Shown one piece after another: positions 59,309 to 64,000 of a stretch of 64,000 bases of DNA; the stretch's first letter is position 1, and each line of letters opens with the position of its first letter. The notes under the pieces were generated by a model. That model did not search any database and was not told the origin of the DNA. It saw only the letters and a list, made by a program, of their open reading frames with translations. A program made the translations under genes and the position numbers. Source of the DNA: Opitutia bacterium (GTDB lineage Bacteria > Verrucomicrobiota > Verrucomicrobiia > Opitutales > Opitutaceae); the NCBI GenBank assembly GCA_947478395.1, contig CANJVR010000001.1:863754-927753 (forward strand), given 5' to 3'.

Positions 59309-62300
59309 TTACGGCACCTCGTAGATCTCGATCAGTGCTACGCCGGATGAAGCGTTCTTCGCCGACTTAATCTGCGCGGTGTAGGCGCCGGGGTTGAGCG
59401 TGATCAACACCGCCGCATCTTTGCTACCGCTGGGTAACGTGAACGCTCCGGTCTGAATCGCCGCCGTCGCGATGGCGGCACTGTTCGCCCAACCTTCGTT
59501 GGTCGAGATCACTTTACTGTCTTGGTAGATGGTAAGCGCGGGATCCGCCAACGCGCCGGCCAGGCCGAAGGCTGTAAGGGTTGGTCCGATACCACGGATG
59601 AGCAGCGTCTTCGGGGCATTTCCCGTCACGATGAAGCCGCCGATCAAGACGCCGTCATCCGGCGTGACTTTGCCCCGACTGGAAATATTCACGAGCCGCT
59701 GGTAATCGGCATTGGGGTTGATACTCGCGTCGTAGATTTCCGCGAGGGCGACACCGGTGCCGGTGCCACTCGGGTCGGCGATCTGCGCGGTGTAAGCCCC
59801 GGGCGCAAGGGTCGTAAGAAGCGCGGCGTCTTTACTGCCGACCGCAAAGGCAAAGGCCCCGAGACGAGTAATCTCCGCGGCGTCATCTTTATTCCAATCG
59901 TCGTTTTGCGCGATGAGGTTGGAGCCTTGGTAGATCTTGATCGTGGGATTAGGCAAGGCGCTCGCCAATCCGAAGGAACTGAGCGCAGGGCCGGCCGCGC
60001 GGATGAGGACTTTCTTCGATTCCGTACCGCCGATGACAAAGCCGGTAATGAGGACGGATTCACCCGTGCCGACTTTGGCGCGTGAGGAAAGGTTTATGAG
60101 GCGATCGGTGCGCTTGGTCGTCGTGCTCAAGCCCGAGAAATCGATCTTGGTGTTACCCGGGAACGTGAGCGTCGCGGTCGCCGTGGTCGTTGTCGGATTA
60201 ACTCCGCCATTGAGGGCCACACTGCCAGAAGTGATCGTCGCATCGAGGGTGTAGGAACCGTCGGACTTGAGGGTCGTTAACCCACCCATCGTCACGGTGG
60301 GCGTCTTCACGAGCACGAGGACTTCATTGTTGGCCCCGACCATAGAATAGACTGTGCCGGACTCGGCGGAGAGCGCGGCAGCGATGTACAAGCCCACGGA
60401 GGTCGTACTGGCCGGTTTGTTGACTGGTGCCTCCGCTTTAAAGCCATAGCCGAGCGGCTGGATCGAGCCGGTGAGGACGTTGTTTACGAACGAGCCGGTA
60501 AAGGTATAGGTCACACTGTCGGCCGTGGTCACACTGGCGCCTCGCATACCCTTTTCTAGCTGAAGGCTAACAGGAGTAGCTGAGGATTCGAAACTCGCGG
60601 TGAACGAGCCGCCGGCACCGAGGGTAAACTCGGCCGTGCCGCTGGGGCCGTTGCCGGAGGCCACCATGAGCAATACACCTGAGCGGGAACTACCCGCTAG
60701 GACTACGCCGAGGGTGCCTTCGCTTTTTTGCGTCGCGGGATTGACCACGGAACTGAGGACCACCTGAGCGTTACCCGCCGTGACGGCGAAGGAGACTTCG
60801 ACCACCGGTGCGGCGGCGTAGGTCGTGTTGCCGGGTTGGCTGGCGCGGATCTTTACCGTACCGGTGGCGCCGGTGAGATCGAGCACGTTGCCTGAGAGCA
60901 GCGCGGGGCCGCTCACCACGGAGAAGGTAACCGGTAGACCTGAGCTGGCGGTAGCCGCGAGGGTGAAAGAGCCACTGTTGCTCGTGCGATCCGCCGGCGT
61001 GGCCAAGGTGATCGTCTGGTTAACGAGACTGATCGTGAGTGCATCGCTCGTGGTGCTGGTATCACTGGAGCCGGCACTGTTGTTGGCCGTGACGGTGAAG
61101 CGGTAGGACTTACCTGGGGTGAGGCCGGTGATCTTCGCCGGTGAACCGGAAGCATTGACCGTGACCGTGGAACCATCTGTCGCCGTGGCGCGGATCGTAT
61201 AGCCGGTGATGGCACTGCTGCCGGGGTTGCTCGGGGCAGTGAAGGTGACCGTGGCTTCACCGTTGGCCGTGGTGGCGGAAATCGATGTGGGTGTACCCGG
61301 TACAGCGACGATCACGTTGAGCGACACCGTAGCGCTCGCGGAGTTATAGTTGGCCGAGTCGGTCGGCGTGAATGTCGCGGTCAAGGTCTGGGTACCCACA
61401 CTCGGGACTGAGCCACTGGAGGGGCTGTACGTGATCGTTCCGGCGGCGCTTGCAGTGGCATTGAGCTGCGTGGAGGAGAGCGCGGTGCCGTAGGTGATGG
61501 CGCTGGGTGTCGCCCACGTGAGGGTCGGCGTGGCTTTACCTACGACCAAGGAAACGGTGCCCGTCGCCGTGTTGTAGTTGGTCGTGTCGGTCGGCGTGAA
61601 GGTCGCCGTCAAGGTCTGCGTTCCGGCGCTCGGCGTGGTGCCGCTCGCGGGACTGTAGGCAAAGGTGCCAGCTACGCTACCCGTCGCATTAAGCTGAGTC
61701 GCAGAGAGCGCGGTGCCGTATGTGATAGCACTCGGCGCCGCCCACGTCACCGTCGGGGTCGCTTTGGCCGCGGTGACGTTTACGGTGGTCGTCACCGTGT
61801 TGTAGTTTGCGGTGCTGCTCGGGGTGAAGGTCACGCCTTGCGCGGCGGTGCCGGCGTTGGGCGCGGTGCTTGGGGTCGTAAAGGTAAACGTGCCCGCCGT
61901 GCTCGCCGTCCCACCACTGAGCGTGGAGGAGGCTAAGGTCTGGCCATAGGTTATCCCGGTCGCGGTGGGCGCGGTGGTGATCGTGGGCGTGCCGATCGTG
62001 ACGGTGAGCGTGTAGGTGTTGGAAGCCGTCGCGTTGTAGCCGGTGGCGGCAGCCTGGGTGGCGGTGATCGTGGTCGTACCGACGGCGACGCCGGTGACCA
62101 CACCGGTGGTGGCATTGACCGTGGCTTTACCGGTATCGCTGCTGGTGTAAGTGATCGCACCATAGCTACCGCCGGAGAGAGTCGAGGTGACGGCGTTGGT
62201 CCGCGTGGCGCCGACGGCGACCGAGGCGGTGCTTGGCGTAGTAAAGGTCAACGTCGGCGTCGGGACTGTGGTCGTGAAGGTTCCCACGCTGGTGTAGGTG

Positions 62301-64000
62301 GTGCCTTGGCTATTGGTAGCGTAGGCGGCGTAGCTGTAGGCGGTGCCGGCGGTAAGGCCGGTGGCGTTGACCGTGAAAACACCCGTCGCGGCCGTGCCGG
62401 CGACGTTGGTCACACCGGTGCCACTGAGTTGAGGATTACTGTTGGCCGAAGTGACCGAATAGACGACGCCGACGGCGGTGAGGCTCGCGTTACCGGTCGC
62501 AGTGACGTCGCCACCGAGCGTCGCACTCGTGTTACCGATGCTCGCGCTCGTGGGACTGGAAACAGTCGGCGGCGTAGCCACAACCGTTGCAGTCTGTCCG
62601 GTGAAGGCGATGCCACCGGAGAGCACGCTGACGGTGTTGGAGCCGCGATTCGCGGTGATGAGGTCGAGTCTGCCATCGCCGTTCACATCGCCTAGCTGCA
62701 CGGAGCCTGGCTGAACTCCCGTGGCGAAGTCTGACTTGGTTTGAAAGGTGCCATCGCCATTGCCCATGAGTACGCTGGCGGTGGCGGAACCATCGTTGGA
62801 GGCGATGAGGTCGAGCTTACCATCGCCATTCATATCGCCCAAGGCCACCGCGTAGGGAGCAGATCCCGTGGTGAAATCTGCTTTGGTTTGGAAGGTACCA
62901 TTGCCGTTGCCCAAAAGCACGCTGGCGGTGGTAGTGCCACTATTCGCGGTGATCAGATCGAGCCTGCCATCGCCGTTCACATCGCCCAAAGTCACGCCGC
63001 GTGGCTCACTTCCCGTGGCGTAGGTGGCTTGAGTTTGAAAAGTGCCATCGCCATTGCCCAAGAGCACGCTGACGGTGTTGGAGCCACTATTCGCGGTGAT
63101 GATGTCGAGTCTGCCATCGCTGTTCACATCACCCAAGGTCACGGACCGTGGCTGAACTCCCGTGGTCCAGTCTGACTTGGCTCTAAAGGTGCCATCACCG
63201 TTGCTCAAGAGCACGCTGACGTTGGCGGAACCACTATTCGCGGTGATGAGGTCGAGTCTGCCATCGCCGTTCACATCGCCCAGGGTCACGCCGGATGGAG
63301 TCGTTCCCGTGGTGAAATCGGTCTTGGTTGAAAAGGTACCCGTGCCACTGCCCAAAAGCACGCTGACGGTGTTGGAGCCACTATTGGCGGCGATAATGTC
63401 GAGTTTGCCGTCGCTGTTTACGTCGGCCAAGGTCACGGCGAGTGGATTAGTACCCGTGGCATAGGTGACTTGAGTTTGAAAGGTGCTATCACCACTGCCC
63501 AAGAGCACGCCGACGGTGCTGCCGTCGTAATTCGCGGTGATGAGATCGAGTTTACCATCGTTGTTCACATCACCCATGGCCACGGAGCGTGGGCTCGCTC
63601 CGGTGGCGAAGGTTTGCTGGGGCGAGAAAGTAGCCGTGATGGCACTACCACCCGTGCCCAAGAGCACGCTGACGGTGTTGGAGCCACTATTCGCGGTGAT
63701 GAGGTCGAGTCTGCCATCACCATTCACATCGCCCAAGGTCGCGGCGCCGAACACGGTTGAATCAAAAGTGCCCGTGGCGAAGGTAACTGGTGTTTGAAAG
63801 GTGCCATTGCCCTGGCCCAAGAGCACGCTGGCATTGGCGGCACCATTGTTAGCGGTGATGAGGTCAAGTATGCCATCGCCGTTCACATCGGCCAAGGTCA
63901 CCGAGCGTGGGTTAGTTCCCGCGTCGCGGGTTGACTGGCTTTGAAAGGTGCCATTGCCATTGCCCAAGAGCAGAGCAGCGGCGGTGTTGGTATTTCCAGT
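59309..64000 (-). CDS. Giant surface/secreted protein (5' end outside the window): FG-GAP/VCBS repeats, Ig-like repeats, FN3 and tandem Opitutaceae C-terminal domains
   Basis: The frame is open to 64000. Nine [19 protein letters not shown] repeats; a Big_2-like [21 protein letters not shown] segment; ITYGTAL repeats; FN3 (ITGY...[16 protein letters not shown]); RLINLSSRA and RLVNISSRG domains. Confidence 0.9.
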   Translation of the reverse strand, partial: TGNTNTAAALLLGNGNGTFQSQSTRDAGTNPRSVTLADVNGDGILDLITANNGAANASVLLGQGNGTFQTPVTFATGTFDSTVFGAATLGDVNGDGRLDLITANSGSNTVSVLLGTGGSAITATFSPQQTFATGASPRSVAMGDVNNDGKLDLITANYDGSTVGVLLGSGDSTFQTQVTYATGTNPLAVTLADVNSDGKLDIIAANSGSNTVSVLLGSGTGTFSTKTDFTTGTTPSGVTLGDVNGDGRLDLITANSGSANVSVLLSNGDGTFRAKSDWTTGVQPRSVTLGDVNSDGRLDIITANSGSNTVSVLLGNGDGTFQTQATYATGSEPRGVTLGDVNGDGRLDLITANSGTTTASVLLGNGNGTFQTKADFTTGSAPYAVALGDMNGDGKLDLIASNDGSATASVLMGNGDGTFQTKSDFATGVQPGSVQLGDVNGDGRLDLITANRGSNTVSVLSGGIAFTGQTATVVATPPTVSSPTSASIGNTSATLGGDVTATGNASLTAVGVVYSVTSANSNPQLSGTGVTNVAGTAATGVFTVNATGLTAGTAYSYAAYATNSQGTTYTSVGTFTTTVPTPTLTFTTPSTASVAVGATRTNAVTSTLSGGSYGAITYTSSDTGKATVNATTGVVTGVAVGTTTITATQAAATGYNATASNTYTLTVTIGTPTITTAPTATGITYGQTLASSTLSGGTASTAGTFTFTTPSTAPNAGTAAQGVTFTPSSTANYNTVTTTVNVTAAKATPTVTWAAPSAITYGTALSATQLNATGSVAGTFAYSPASGTTPSAGTQTLTATFTPTDTTNYNTATGTVSLVVGKATPTLTWATPSAITYGTALSSTQLNATASAAGTITYSPSSGSVPSVGTQTLTATFTPTDSANYNSASATVSLNVIVAVPGTPTSISATTANGEATVTFTAPSNPGSSAITGYTIRATATDGSTVTVNASGSPAKITGLTPGKSYRFTVTANNSAGSSDTSTTSDALTISLVNQTITLATPADRTSNSGSFTLAATASSGLPVTFSVVSGPALLSGNVLDLTGATGTVKIRASQPGNTTYAAAPVVEVSFAVTAGNAQVVLSSVVNPATQKSEGTLGVVLAGSSRSGVLLMVASGNGPSGTAEFTLGAGGSFTASFESSATPVSLQLEKGMRGASVTTADSVTYTFTGSFVNNVLTGSIQPLGYGFKAEAPVNKPASTTSVGLYIAAALSAESGTVYSMVGANNEVLVLVKTPTVTMGGLTTLKSDGSYTLDATITSGSVALNGGVNPTTTTATATLTFPGNTKIDFSGLSTTTKRTDRLINLSSRAKVGTGESVLITGFVIGGTESKKVLIRAAGPALSSFGLASALPNPTIKIYQGSNLIAQNDDWNKDDAAEITRLGAFAFAVGSKDAALLTTLAPGAYTAQIADPSGTGTGVALAEIYDASINPNADYQRLVNISSRGKVTPDDGVLIGGFIVTGNAPKTLLIRGIGPTLTAFGLAGALADPALTIYQDSKVISTNEGWANSAAIATAAIQTGAFTLPSGSKDAAVLITLNPGAYTAQIKSAKNASSGVALIEIYEVP

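Noticed and set aside
59309..63967. ORF-track start at 63967
   Set aside because: It is an internal TTG within a repeat. The frame is open to the window edge, so the real start lies outside.

Overview
High-GC bacterial DNA, most likely from an Opitutaceae (Verrucomicrobiota) genome. The indicators are a PVC-type heme-binding protein, DUF1592/DUF1552 pairs, 'RLxNxSSR' C-terminal domains and a TonB receptor of Opitutus style. The window is dominated by exported carbohydrate-active and redox proteins. It holds four DUF1592 (di-heme c) + DUF1552 (Tat-exported) gene pairs, two ApbE-DUF2271 flavin-transferase fusions, a PepSY-TM protein, a di-heme DUF1573 lipoprotein and a large PVC-type heme-binding dehydrogenase. 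It also holds five Fes-like or Ig-capped esterases, GH106, GH28, a SASA esterase, sugar isomerase/oxidoreductase genes, mqo, an MFS transporter, an orphan sugar ABC ATPase and a TonB-dependent receptor. The tmRNA gene (ssrA) lies at 58850-59202, followed by the 3' part of a giant FG-GAP surface protein. Intergenic regions contain REP/MITE-like repeats, including collapsed copies, and several gene remnants. The best candidate for an undescribed system is the recurring module DUF1592-DUF1552 + esterases + atypical ApbE-DUF2271. All family assignments come from motif recognition by eye; no searches were run.
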